64,000 bases of DNA from contig JAQTZF010000001.1 in the NCBI GenBank assembly GCA_028687915.1, positions 482,634 to 546,633 on the forward strand. Direction: 5' to 3'. Below, piece by piece: positions 48,728-58,577 of this stretch; position 1 is the stretch's first letter, and each line of letters starts with the position of its first letter. Below the pieces are notes generated by a model. The model made no database searches. It worked only from the letters and a program-made list of their open reading frames with translations, and had not been told where the DNA came from. The translations under genes and the position numbers were made by a program. Source of the stretch: Candidatus Daviesbacteria bacterium. GTDB lineage: Bacteria; Patescibacteriota; Microgenomatia; Daviesbacterales; UBA10151.

Positions 48728-49687
48728 ATGAAAAAAAGAAAAAAAATAATTTTATGTGGATCTATTGCAATCGACCGGATAATGAATTTTTCTGGTAAGT
48801 ATAAAGATCTGTTTAAATTAACTAATAAAGAAATACTTTCAATTAGTGTTTTTTTATCAAATCTTAAAAACAATCATGGAGGAGTTGGTGCAAATATTGC
48901 TTATACACTAGCACTGCTTGGGGAAAAACCAATTTTAGTAGGATCAGTAGGTAAAGAAGCTGAAGGCTATTTAGAAAAGCTTTCAGCTTTGGGTATAGAT
49001 ACTAGAAATATTCACCGTAGTTTATTGGAAACGGCTTCTTTTAATGTAATTACAGATAGTGCAAACAATCAAATTGGAGGTTTTTATCCAGGGGCTATGT
49101 TTGATAGCGACTCTCAAACCCTTAATAAATGGGCAGGCAAGGACGTTTTAGTGGTAATTTCTCCTCATGATCCAAAGGCTATGAAACGTCAAATAGAGGA
49201 GTGTTTTAAAAATAAATTTCAGATGTTTTATGACATAGGTCAACAGGTATTAAATACCTCTAAAGAGGACTTGATTTTCGGGCTTAGTAAAGCTCAAATT
49301 TTAATACTAAATGAATTTGAAATGAAAGCACTTTGTAGTAAAACAAAAAATTCCATATCTTCCTTAAAATCTAGAATTCCTCTTGTTATTACAACGCTTG
49401 GTGAGGAAGGGTCAATTATTGAAGGAAAAAATATTTCTAAAAAAATTAGAATTAAATCTGTAAGAATAGATGAAGTCGTTGATCCTACAGGAGCAGGAGA
49501 TGCTTATAGGGCTGGTTTTCTGTATGGATTTGCGCGCGATTGGGACTTAAAAACTTGTGGACAAATGGGTAGTCTGGCTGCTTCCTGCACAATCGCACAT
49601 CACGGAACACAAGAACATTTATTTACTAAGGAAGAATTTAGTAATAAATATGAGGATTGTTTTGAAGAAAAGTTATTGTTAATATAG
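48728..49687 (+). CDS. PfkB-family kinase, probable adenosine/nucleoside kinase (AdoK-type)
   Basis: [52 protein letters not shown]; directly upstream of ahcY. Confidence 0.8.
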   Translation: MKKRKKIILCGSIAIDRIMNFSGKYKDLFKLTNKEILSISVFLSNLKNNHGGVGANIAYTLALLGEKPILVGSVGKEAEGYLEKLSALGIDTRNIHRSLLETASFNVITDSANNQIGGFYPGAMFDSDSQTLNKWAGKDVLVVISPHDPKAMKRQIEECFKNKFQMFYDIGQQVLNTSKEDLIFGLSKAQILILNEFEMKALCSKTKNSISSLKSRIPLVITTLGEEGSIIEGKNISKKIRIKSVRIDEVVDPTGAGDAYRAGFLYGFARDWDLKTCGQMGSLAASCTIAHHGTQEHLFTKEEFSNKYEDCFEEKLLLI

Positions 49688-49697
49688 CAAAACAAAT

Positions 49698-50993
49698 ATG
49701 AGTAAAAATGATTATAAAGTAAAAGATATCAAGTTAGCCAAATGGGGGAGAATGGAAATAGTTTTGGCAGAAAAAGAAATGCCAGGATTAATGAGCTTAA
49801 GAAAAGAATTTGGAAAATCTAAGCCTCTTAAGGGTGCTCGTATTGCAGGTTCTTTACATATGACAATTCAAACTGCAGTACTTATTGAGACTTTACAGGC
49901 TCTTGGTGCAGAGGTCAGATGGTCATCTTGTAATATTTTCTCAACTCAAGATCATGCAGCGGCGGCGATAGCTGCTAAAGGCACGCCAGTTTTTGCGTGG
50001 AAAGGTGAAACAGAAAAAGAATATTGGTGGTGCATTGAACAGTCTCTAAAGTTTGCAAAAGGGAAGGGACCAAATATGTTGTTGGATGATGGAGGGGATT
50101 TAACAAGTTTTGTCCATGAAAAATACCCAGAAATGTTAGAAGATATTAAAGGTGTTTCTGAGGAAACAACCACAGGAGTTCATCATCTTTACCAAATGTT
50201 AAAAGAAGAGAAACTAAAAATTCCTGCTATTAATGTTAATGATAGTGTTACTAAGTCTAAGTTTGATAATTTGTATGGTTGCAGAGAGTCTTTGACTGAT
50301 GGAATAAAAAGGGCTACAGATATTATGCTTGCTGGAAAGCAGGCTGTTGTGGCTGGCTATGGGGATGTAGGTAAGGGTAGTGCTGAATCGCTTAGGGCCT
50401 TTGGTTGTAGAGTAATGATTACAGAAATTGATCCAATTTGTGCTCTTCAAGCTTTGATGGCTGGGTATAGTGTAGTTACTATGGAAACTGCTGTAAAAGA
50501 AGCTGATATTTTTGTGACTGCTACAGGATGTAAAGACATTATTACTTTAGAACATATGTTAAAAATGAAAGACACTGCAATTGTGTGTAATATAGGTCAT
50601 TTTGATGTTGAAATTCAAATGGATCAGCTAAATAAATACCCAAAGATTAAGAAAGAAGAAATTAAGCCACAGGTTGATTTGTATACATTTCCTGACGGAC
50701 ATAGAATTATTGTTTTAGCTGAGGGTAGACTGGTGAATTTGGGTTGTGGTACAGGACATCCCTCATTTGTAATGTCTAACTCATTTACTAACCAGGTTTT
50801 GGCACAAATAGAATTATTTACTAAAAATTATGAGGTTGGAGTATACAGACTACCTAAACATCTTGATGAAAAGGTAGCAAGTTTACACTTGGAACAATTG
50901 GGTGCCAAGTTAACGAAGCTTAATAGTGATCAGGCAGAATATTTAAATATTCCTAAGGGTGGTCCTTTTAAATCAGATCATTATCGTTATTAA
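49698..50993 (+). CDS. ahcY: S-adenosyl-L-homocysteine hydrolase
   Basis: [75 protein letters not shown]. Confidence 0.98.
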   Translation: MSKNDYKVKDIKLAKWGRMEIVLAEKEMPGLMSLRKEFGKSKPLKGARIAGSLHMTIQTAVLIETLQALGAEVRWSSCNIFSTQDHAAAAIAAKGTPVFAWKGETEKEYWWCIEQSLKFAKGKGPNMLLDDGGDLTSFVHEKYPEMLEDIKGVSEETTTGVHHLYQMLKEEKLKIPAINVNDSVTKSKFDNLYGCRESLTDGIKRATDIMLAGKQAVVAGYGDVGKGSAESLRAFGCRVMITEIDPICALQALMAGYSVVTMETAVKEADIFVTATGCKDIITLEHMLKMKDTAIVCNIGHFDVEIQMDQLNKYPKIKKEEIKPQVDLYTFPDGHRIIVLAEGRLVNLGCGTGHPSFVMSNSFTNQVLAQIELFTKNYEVGVYRLPKHLDEKVASLHLEQLGAKLTKLNSDQAEYLNIPKGGPFKSDHYRY

Positions 50994-51009
50994 TCCCTCT
51001 TAACAACTC

Positions 51010-51039
51010 CCTCAGATAATATTAAGATATTATATGAGG
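51010..51039. terminator. Inverted repeat after ahcY (possible terminator or operator)
   Basis: CCTCA-G-ATAATAT-taag-ATATTAT-A-TGAGG: 12 pairs with one mismatch; no clean U-tract follows. Confidence 0.4.
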
Positions 51040-51088
51040 ACTGGAGGTAAATATTTTTCAAAGCTTAATAAGGAATAAGTTTATTCTT

Positions 51089-52201
51089 TTGTCCTATATC
51101 TTTTGGTTATTATTTCTATTATCTACCCTGTCTATTGGTAATAAGGTGTTGCTTTATAGATCAGGTCAGGAGTTTACTAATATTTTAAAGACAACAACAC
51201 CTGAGTCTTTTGTCACCTCTCCCTTAATTTATCCATGGGCAAACTTTGATGGTGTCCATTACATAGAAATCGCTAAATTTGGGTATACTACAGAAGCAGG
51301 CTTTTTTCCTTTATATCCAATTCTAATAAAAATTCTCAGTCTTTTTATTGGTAATTATTTTATAGCTGCAATATTAATTTCTAATACTTCTTTCGTAGTT
51401 GGTTTAATATTTTTTCATAAACTAATAAAGCTGGATTATCCTAATAAAATTGCAAATCAGGCAATAATATTTTTGTTAATATTCCCTACATCTTTTTTCT
51501 TTGCTGCTGCATATAGTGAAAGTCTTTTTTTAGCTTTACTTATGTCATGTCTATATTTCACCAGAAAAAGAATGTGGTTTTTGGCTAGCATATTGGGGTT
51601 GCTTTTATCTTCAACAAGAATAGTTGGAATTTTAATATTACCAGTCCTGTTTTGGGAATTTTATACTTTGGAAAAAACAAATTTTAAAAATATATCTCTT
51701 AAACTGATATCACTTTTTTTAGTTCCACTAGGATTACTTTCTTATATGATATTCAATTACATTCACTGGGGAAATTTCATGTATTTTATTAAGGCTCAGG
51801 GTATGTTTAGTAATAATAGAAGTGTAGATCAGGTGATATTATTTCCTCAGACACTTTTTCGTTATTCCAAAATAATTGCAACAGTGCCATATCAACAATA
51901 TGAATGGTGGATTGCACTAGTTGAGTTAAGCTTAACATTTTTTGTTTTGACTTTATTGTTATTTGGATTTAAACAAAGAATGAGGATTTCCTATTTAATT
52001 TTTAGTATTTTAGTATTGCTTCTACCTATATCATCAGGTACATTAAGTGGTATGCCAAGGTATGTATTAATGACGTTTCCAATATATATAACAATTGCCT
52101 TGTTTAAAAATAAGTATTTAAAAATTACTTACTTTATATTGTGTTTATTTTTATTAACAATATTATGGACATTATTTACTAAAGGATATTATGTGGCCTA
52201 A
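51089..52201 (+). CDS. PIG-V/GT76-like GT-C mannosyltransferase (paralog of 2217-3368)
   Basis: WANFDGVHY, FFPLYP, FPTSFFF, YSESLFL, GMPRY, GYYVA. Start uncertain; frame is open from 51038. Confidence 0.8.
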   Translation: MSYIFWLLFLLSTLSIGNKVLLYRSGQEFTNILKTTTPESFVTSPLIYPWANFDGVHYIEIAKFGYTTEAGFFPLYPILIKILSLFIGNYFIAAILISNTSFVVGLIFFHKLIKLDYPNKIANQAIIFLLIFPTSFFFAAAYSESLFLALLMSCLYFTRKRMWFLASILGLLLSSTRIVGILILPVLFWEFYTLEKTNFKNISLKLISLFLVPLGLLSYMIFNYIHWGNFMYFIKAQGMFSNNRSVDQVILFPQTLFRYSKIIATVPYQQYEWWIALVELSLTFFVLTLLLFGFKQRMRISYLIFSILVLLLPISSGTLSGMPRYVLMTFPIYITIALFKNKYLKITYFILCLFLLTILWTLFTKGYYVA

Positions 52202-53630
52202 TAGATTTAATATTATTATTGTAACTTTGCTAGCTTTATTAATTAGATTGATAAGTTTAAATCAAAGTTTATGGTGGGATGAGGCTATTAATGTTGTATA
52301 TGCAAGACAAAGTGGCTTTTTATGGTTTATTACAAGATATCCGTTAGGTGATTTTCACCCCCCTGGTTGGTTTGCACTTCTTTGGAGTTGGGGAAATTTA
52401 TTTGGCTGGTCAGAAGTATCTGTAAGAATGCCGTCAGTTCTTTTTGGGGTAGGTGCTGTTTATGTAACTTACCTAATAGGTGAGAAGCTTTTTTCAAAGA
52501 AGATTGGGCTGCTTTCAGCTTTGATGTTAGCGTTTGCCCCCTTACATATATATTATTCACAAGAAGCAAGAATGTATGCTTTTGGTGCGTTTGCAGTAAC
52601 ATTTTCCATTTACAGTTTAGTGAGGTTTATTAAAGAAGAAAAATATAGTTTTATGTTTTTTGCCTTATCAGTAGCTTTAGTTTTGTATTCGGATTACGTT
52701 ACATACTTTATTTTTCCTGTTTTGTTTATCTATATGATGTGTTTTTATAGGCAATTGATGGGAAGGTTTGTATCTTCATTTGCCTTTGGTATTGTTTTTT
52801 TCATTCCCTGGGTCTTTATATTTCCAGATCAATTAATGAATGGGCAGCGTACTGCTTTGTCCCTCTTGGGATGGGGGAATGTAGTTGGGGGGAGTTCTAT
52901 TAAAGAGCTTATACTTCTTCCGATTAAAGTTTTGGTAGGGAAGGTCGATTTGTACAATAATTTTTTATATGTAGGATTAATCATAGTTACAACTACGCCA
53001 TTTTTAATTACGTTTATTAAATTAAGGAAGGTTTTAGATAGTAGGTATTATCTAATTTTATTATGGTTATTGGTTACACCTATATTAGTCTGGATATTTT
53101 CTTTTATTATTCCGATATTTTCATATTTTCGTCTTTTATATATTTTACCTGCTTTTTATATTGCTGTTTCAGTTTGCCTATACAGATTTTCTAAAACTTC
53201 TTTTCAGATACTCATATTTTTTATTTTAACTTTTGAGGTGCTTCTTAGTTCTGTCTATCTTTTTAACGTAAATTATCATCGGGAAGATTGGAGAGGTGCT
53301 GTACAATTCGTTGACCAGAAAATGAATGATGATTCATTAGTTATTTTTAGAAACAGCGAAATTGCTGCGCCGTATAACTATTATAGTAGGTTCCTGCAAC
53401 TTGCAATTCCAGCATATAAGGTAGTTCCAGTTAAAACAAAAAATGATATCCAAGACTTAAACAATGTTCTACAAGGTAGGACACAAATATATTTATTTGA
53501 CTACCTTAAAGATATAACAGATCCGGACAATATACTTGAAACGTATATTGAGGAAAATAGATTTAAAAAAATATCAATAGATAATTTTAACGGTGTTGGT
53601 TTTATTACAACTTACAGAAAAAATGATTAA
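52191..53630 (+). CDS. GT39/PMT_2 (ArnT-like) GT-C glycosyltransferase
   Basis: LNQSLWWDEA, D.HPP, SE...R.PS, YYSQEARMY, REDWR. Confidence 0.88.
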   Translation: MWPNRFNIIIVTLLALLIRLISLNQSLWWDEAINVVYARQSGFLWFITRYPLGDFHPPGWFALLWSWGNLFGWSEVSVRMPSVLFGVGAVYVTYLIGEKLFSKKIGLLSALMLAFAPLHIYYSQEARMYAFGAFAVTFSIYSLVRFIKEEKYSFMFFALSVALVLYSDYVTYFIFPVLFIYMMCFYRQLMGRFVSSFAFGIVFFIPWVFIFPDQLMNGQRTALSLLGWGNVVGGSSIKELILLPIKVLVGKVDLYNNFLYVGLIIVTTTPFLITFIKLRKVLDSRYYLILLWLLVTPILVWIFSFIIPIFSYFRLLYILPAFYIAVSVCLYRFSKTSFQILIFFILTFEVLLSSVYLFNVNYHREDWRGAVQFVDQKMNDDSLVIFRNSEIAAPYNYYSRFLQLAIPAYKVVPVKTKNDIQDLNNVLQGRTQIYLFDYLKDITDPDNILETYIEENRFKKISIDNFNGVGFITTYRKND

Positions 53631-55152
53631 GAATGTAACTAAAAAAGTAAATATTGGTATATTTTTGATTTTTTTGTTGGCTGTAATAATTAGATTTTTA
53701 TACTTTCCAAACAATGTTTATTTTGGGTATGATCAGGCAAGGGATGCTTATACTGTACAGGAGATATTAAGTGGACAGTTAAAAATAGTTGGACCCCCTT
53801 CAGCTGACGGAGTATTCCATCATGGTGTTTTGTACTATTATATTTTTGCATTTTTTTATTTTATCTCAGGAGGTGATCCGGCAGCCGTAGCAGCATTTCT
53901 AAGGATTTTTAATGCTATGGGCGTATTTATACTTTACCCGATTGTGGTCATCTTATTTGGAGAAATAGCAGCTTTTTCCGCAATTATTTTATATGCTGTT
54001 TCTTATGAACAAACACAATTCTCACTTTTTCTTAATCATCCGTCCTTAGTGGTTATATCTGTGCTCTTCTTTTTCTTCGGTTTAGCTAATTGGATCTTCA
54101 GAAAGAAGAATTGGGGATTTTGGATAGCGCTTCTGGGAATGGGTTTTTCTATCCAATTTCAATTTATAGAGGTTCAACTAATACCAGTATTTATACTGTT
54201 CCTCATAGTATTTAGAAAAAAAATAAGACTAAGATTTAATAAGAGCCTATTGATAGGCATGTTAGCTTTTATATTGCCTCTGTCTACATATATTATTTCA
54301 GAGATAATTCATCGTTTCTTCGTGTCAAAACAAATCTTAAACTTTTTTTATAATCACGAGAAGGCTAGTTCTGTATCTATAAGTTTTTCTAAATTTAGCT
54401 TTTTTATCACAAGGCATATACACGATAATCTTATATCTAATAATATCGGTAGTATAATATTGGCTGTAATTCTATTATTTTTATTTATTAAGTTTATATT
54501 TAAGAGTAAATATAAGGAATATCTGCTTTTTATTTTGGTATGGTTTGCAGGTGGATTTTTAATATACTTTTTTACAGATAATGATGCATATTACTATAAT
54601 ACAGGAACATCACTAGCTCTTCTTATATTTGTTTCTTTTCTAGTTAGTAAACTTTACATATTTAGAAAATGGTTAGCTTTTTTAATTTTGATTTTAATAT
54701 TTTTTTCAAATGTCTTTTTAATTACTAAGAATAATCCTTTTGGACCTAATGAAAGAATTAATCCACAAAAAGGCCTTACCTTAGAGGATGAGAAAAGAAT
54801 AGTAGATTTTATATACCAGAAAGCTTCAGATAAAGCATTTAGCGTTAATGCACTGACAATGCCCTACAATGTTAATACAACCTGGAGTTACCTTTTTGAA
54901 TGGTATGGTAAGAAAAGATATGGTTATGTTCCTGTTTGGGGTGGTGATGCAGCTTCTGGTTATTACGGAAGCTTAAAAGTTAATACTGCCCGAAGCACTC
55001 TACCACAAAAACGTTTTTTAATAATTGAACCAAAAGAAGGAATTCCTTTGTATTTAGTAACCAGCTTTTTAGAAAATGAAAGTATATATAGCACTGTTAA
55101 AGAAAAGCATAAAGTTGGAACGATGGAAGTTTGGGTTCAAGAAGCAAAGTAA
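53623..55152 (+). CDS. GT39/ArnT-like GT-C glycosyltransferase
   Basis: RF......F.YDQARD, GP, HG.LYYY, NHP; multi-TM. ATG at 53623. Confidence 0.8.
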   Translation: MIKNVTKKVNIGIFLIFLLAVIIRFLYFPNNVYFGYDQARDAYTVQEILSGQLKIVGPPSADGVFHHGVLYYYIFAFFYFISGGDPAAVAAFLRIFNAMGVFILYPIVVILFGEIAAFSAIILYAVSYEQTQFSLFLNHPSLVVISVLFFFFGLANWIFRKKNWGFWIALLGMGFSIQFQFIEVQLIPVFILFLIVFRKKIRLRFNKSLLIGMLAFILPLSTYIISEIIHRFFVSKQILNFFYNHEKASSVSISFSKFSFFITRHIHDNLISNNIGSIILAVILLFLFIKFIFKSKYKEYLLFILVWFAGGFLIYFFTDNDAYYYNTGTSLALLIFVSFLVSKLYIFRKWLAFLILILIFFSNVFLITKNNPFGPNERINPQKGLTLEDEKRIVDFIYQKASDKAFSVNALTMPYNVNTTWSYLFEWYGKKRYGYVPVWGGDAASGYYGSLKVNTARSTLPQKRFLIIEPKEGIPLYLVTSFLENESIYSTVKEKHKVGTMEVWVQEAK

Positions 55153-55154
55153 TG

Positions 55155-55160
55155 TAGAAT
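55155..55160 (+). promoter_or_regulatory. Candidate -10 box (TAGAAT) for a leaderless transcript
   Basis: 7 nt before ATG 55168; no SD site in the 15-bp gap. Confidence 0.4.
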
Positions 55161-55167
55161 AATATTT

Positions 55168-56718
55168 ATGAAGATATTTAAAATTATTGTTTTTATATTA
55201 ATTATTTTTAATATATTTTTGGCATCTCGTTGGGCAATTGACGGAAATCTTTTCTTTCACACAGATATTGCAAGAGACTTTTTATTAATTGAAGATATTG
55301 TTAGTAATAAACATTTGACTTTAATTGGTCCTAGATCAGGTGCTATTCCTGGCGTGTTTCATGGACCGCTATGGTTATATTTAAATGTTCCCGCTTTTGT
55401 TTTGGGTAATGGTAATCCAGCTATTGTTGCATGGTTTTGGGTAGTTTTGTATTTATTCAGTCTTGTTTTTATATATTATGCTGGTAAAAAGATTTTTGAT
55501 GAGAAAACTGGTTTACTTAGTGCTTTAATGCTTTCTTCCGCAACTGTTTTACAAGTTAGGTCTGCTTTTAATCCATATGGAGCTATGCTGCTTTTGCCTT
55601 TATATTTATATGCTTTCTCCGTTTACCTTAAAAATAAAAATGTGAAAGTTTTGATTTTATCTTTTTTTATTTTAGGTTTAATTATTCAGTTTCAAATGGC
55701 TTTTGGAATACCAATTCTAGTTATAACTATGATTTATTTATGTTGGTTTTTATTGAGTGTACATAAAATTAGACATATTTTTTCTTCCCTGGTTTTAGCA
55801 ATACCTTTATCTACCTTTTTCTTGTTTGATATTCGTAATAATTTTTTACAAGTCCGATCTGTAATAAATTATTTAACAGGGGTTGAAAATCACGGCAAAA
55901 TAGATTTGAACTTTTCTCAGCTTGCCAGTCTTCGTTTTCAGGAAAGTATATTGGCAGGACTCGGTGAAATTACATTACATCAGAATATTTTGACTATATT
56001 TTTAGTTTTATTTTTATTAATTACATTACTTATTCTCATCAAAAACAAACAATTATTAATCATTCACAAATTATTTATATTCTTTTATGGGGGGTTTTGG
56101 TTATTAACATTTTTATTTAAGGGTCCAATTTGGAACTATTACTATACTCCGTTTATCCCTATGATAATCTTAGTTTTCTGTTCTCTACGTAAAGTACTAG
56201 ATCAAAAAGTTTTTTATTTTATTTTTGCTTTAATTTTTATATTTAACTTTCAATCAAATTTTAAAGATATTATTTCATATAATCCAAACGCCAAAGATCA
56301 GGACACAAGCACTTGGAAATTTAATTATCTTGTGGCAGAAAAAAGTTTTTCCGGACGTGAAAAAGAATTTGGGTTTTATATATTTACACCTGATTTATAT
56401 GGTTATTCACCACGTTATGCAATGAATTATTATCAAAAAATTACAAAGGATAAAAAATCATATCCATTTGATAAGAAACAGATTACCTATTTATTAATTG
56501 CTCCTCCTCCAGAATATGGTAAGGATCCAAATAGTATTTGGTATCAAAAAAATATTAATAGTGATACATGGAAAAATAATGATGTAAGAATTAATAAGAA
56601 CGCAGATGAAGTAACAAGTTTTTCAAATGGTTTTAAATTAGAAAAATATATACTTAGTGACACTTTGGTAAAAGTCCAATCTAATCAATTCCTTATACAG
56701 TCAATATTTTTTAGATGA
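55168..56718 (+). CDS. GT39/ArnT-like GT-C glycosyltransferase
   Basis: F.TDIARD, LIGP, FHGPLW.Y, FNP, FDIRNNF.Q; multi-TM. Confidence 0.8.
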   Translation: MKIFKIIVFILIIFNIFLASRWAIDGNLFFHTDIARDFLLIEDIVSNKHLTLIGPRSGAIPGVFHGPLWLYLNVPAFVLGNGNPAIVAWFWVVLYLFSLVFIYYAGKKIFDEKTGLLSALMLSSATVLQVRSAFNPYGAMLLLPLYLYAFSVYLKNKNVKVLILSFFILGLIIQFQMAFGIPILVITMIYLCWFLLSVHKIRHIFSSLVLAIPLSTFFLFDIRNNFLQVRSVINYLTGVENHGKIDLNFSQLASLRFQESILAGLGEITLHQNILTIFLVLFLLITLLILIKNKQLLIIHKLFIFFYGGFWLLTFLFKGPIWNYYYTPFIPMIILVFCSLRKVLDQKVFYFIFALIFIFNFQSNFKDIISYNPNAKDQDTSTWKFNYLVAEKSFSGREKEFGFYIFTPDLYGYSPRYAMNYYQKITKDKKSYPFDKKQITYLLIAPPPEYGKDPNSIWYQKNINSDTWKNNDVRINKNADEVTSFSNGFKLEKYILSDTLVKVQSNQFLIQSIFFR

Positions 56719-58577
56719 TGTTTAAAAGAGCTGTTATTGGATTATTGATAATATCTTCTTTTTTATTTGTAAATCCTCATAAGACTGATGCGCAGCAAAA
56801 TAATATTAATTGTTCAAATCGTTTTGTGACAGCTGTTAATCCTGTAAGGTCTAGGCAATTATGGATAGATAAGACATTGAAGCCAATACAAGATCAATAT
56901 AATTTAGTTGTAAATAATAATTTTCCTACCACCTGGTTAATACAAAACGATGTGCTTTATGATGATGAACTTTTAAATAAAATTAAGTCTTTTAATAGAA
57001 CCCAAGAATTTGGATTGTTGCTCGAAGTATCTGATCAGTTAGCTAAAAATGCCAGAGTTCTCTATCCTCCTTTTGTGCCTTGGTATAATCCAAAAGCAGT
57101 TTTCTTATCAGGTTATACTCAATCAGAGAGGCGTCTTTTAATAGACAAAATGTTTAAGGATTTCTTTCAAATTTTTGGATATTATCCCAAGAGTGTTGGT
57201 GCTTGGTGGATTGACTCATATTCATTGGATTATTTAAAAGAAAAATATGGAGTTACAGCAGCCTTAATAGTTGCCGATCAAAGAAATACAGATAGCTATG
57301 GTGTTTGGGGACAATGGTGGAGTGTTCCTTATTTTCCATCTAAAGCAAACATACTTACTCCTGCAAGTTCTTTAACTAATAAGCAACCAATTACAATTTT
57401 ACAATGGGCTCAGCGTGATCCTGTGCTTGCTTATGAGGCAGATTATCATTCGAGTTATTCATTACAGGCAAATGATTATACTTTGCTTGGTAAAGATATT
57501 AATTATTTTAAGAATTTAGTAAATGTCTATTTGGATTGTCAAAATAGGGTAGGACAAATCACTATTGGTTTAGAAACTGGAATGGAGAGCATAAGAAGTC
57601 TTCCTGAATATGAAAGACAACTACAATATTTAAAATCTATAAATTTTCTTAATCCTGTAACTATGTCTCAATTTGCAGAACAATATTCCAGGATTTATCC
57701 GGAATATCAAAAAGAATCTACAGTATCTTACTTGGGGTATACATGGAAGTTAACAACATCCGGTCGGGATAATGATAAATTAAATGAACATATAAAATAT
57801 CAGCAAGATTTAGCATTCCAGGATTATTTTCTTCCTAGTCAAAGCAGCTTTTTAGATCGAAAACTACCAATTAGTAATACTATCTCAAATTCTGGTCCAT
57901 TATATCTTTATATTGGAACGTTTGTTTTTTGGGGTGTTTTCTTATTTATAAGAAGAAAAGTTAAGCTTCTTTTTGTAAGCACTCTATTTGTAATTGCATC
58001 TTTTGGTTTGATATTAAGATCCACTATGCAATTTGGGTGGTTTGTGTTTTATGGACCGGTTATAAAAGATTTACCAGTACTTCAGCTTGTAATAACTTTT
58101 TTTGGTTATTTACTTATCTTCTTTATTGATCGTTTTTTGCCCAAGGATTTAAGAAAATACCTTTATCTAATTCCTCTAACTTTTGGGCTGGACAGCGTAG
58201 TTCATTATTTAAGATTTAGTTTTATTTCTAATAGATACTATTTGGGAATTCTTACTGATGCTTTTCATTTCTTTGGAATATCTTTTGAAAAACCATTTAT
58301 TTTTTCTTTAGTTAATCAGGATCTTCCATCTTATCAGGCAGTTGCGTTATTACACTTTGATTATAATTTGGTTTGGCAAAATTTTTGGTTTGCAATAATT
58401 GCATTTCCACTTGTTCATCTAATTTTGGCATTAATTTTAGGATTATTTTTAAGACTGCTTTCTGCCAGGATTAGGATATTTATTATTACTATTTTAATTA
58501 TGCTCTTGACCTTGTATTTGTTTAACATGTGGTTATCAGATCCACGTGCAGCCGTAATTTCTGCTACAATTAAATGA
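56715..58577 (+). CDS. Exported NodB/DUF3863-like barrel domain with C-terminal multi-TM anchor
   Basis: Signal peptide; P.TWL, E.G.LLEV, GY...ER...ID, FGYYP.SVGAW.ID, DQ..TD.Y..WG.WW..PY.PSK.N; about 6 C-terminal TM. Confidence 0.6.
   Translation: MMFKRAVIGLLIISSFLFVNPHKTDAQQNNINCSNRFVTAVNPVRSRQLWIDKTLKPIQDQYNLVVNNNFPTTWLIQNDVLYDDELLNKIKSFNRTQEFGLLLEVSDQLAKNARVLYPPFVPWYNPKAVFLSGYTQSERRLLIDKMFKDFFQIFGYYPKSVGAWWIDSYSLDYLKEKYGVTAALIVADQRNTDSYGVWGQWWSVPYFPSKANILTPASSLTNKQPITILQWAQRDPVLAYEADYHSSYSLQANDYTLLGKDINYFKNLVNVYLDCQNRVGQITIGLETGMESIRSLPEYERQLQYLKSINFLNPVTMSQFAEQYSRIYPEYQKESTVSYLGYTWKLTTSGRDNDKLNEHIKYQQDLAFQDYFLPSQSSFLDRKLPISNTISNSGPLYLYIGTFVFWGVFLFIRRKVKLLFVSTLFVIASFGLILRSTMQFGWFVFYGPVIKDLPVLQLVITFFGYLLIFFIDRFLPKDLRKYLYLIPLTFGLDSVVHYLRFSFISNRYYLGILTDAFHFFGISFEKPFIFSLVNQDLPSYQAVALLHFDYNLVWQNFWFAIIAFPLVHLILALILGLFLRLLSARIRIFIITILIMLLTLYLFNMWLSDPRAAVISATIK
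58562..58570 (+). promoter_or_regulatory. Extended -10 element TGCTACAAT
   Basis: 6 nt before ATG 58577, which is leaderless geometry; lies inside the end of the upstream CDS. Confidence 0.45.
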
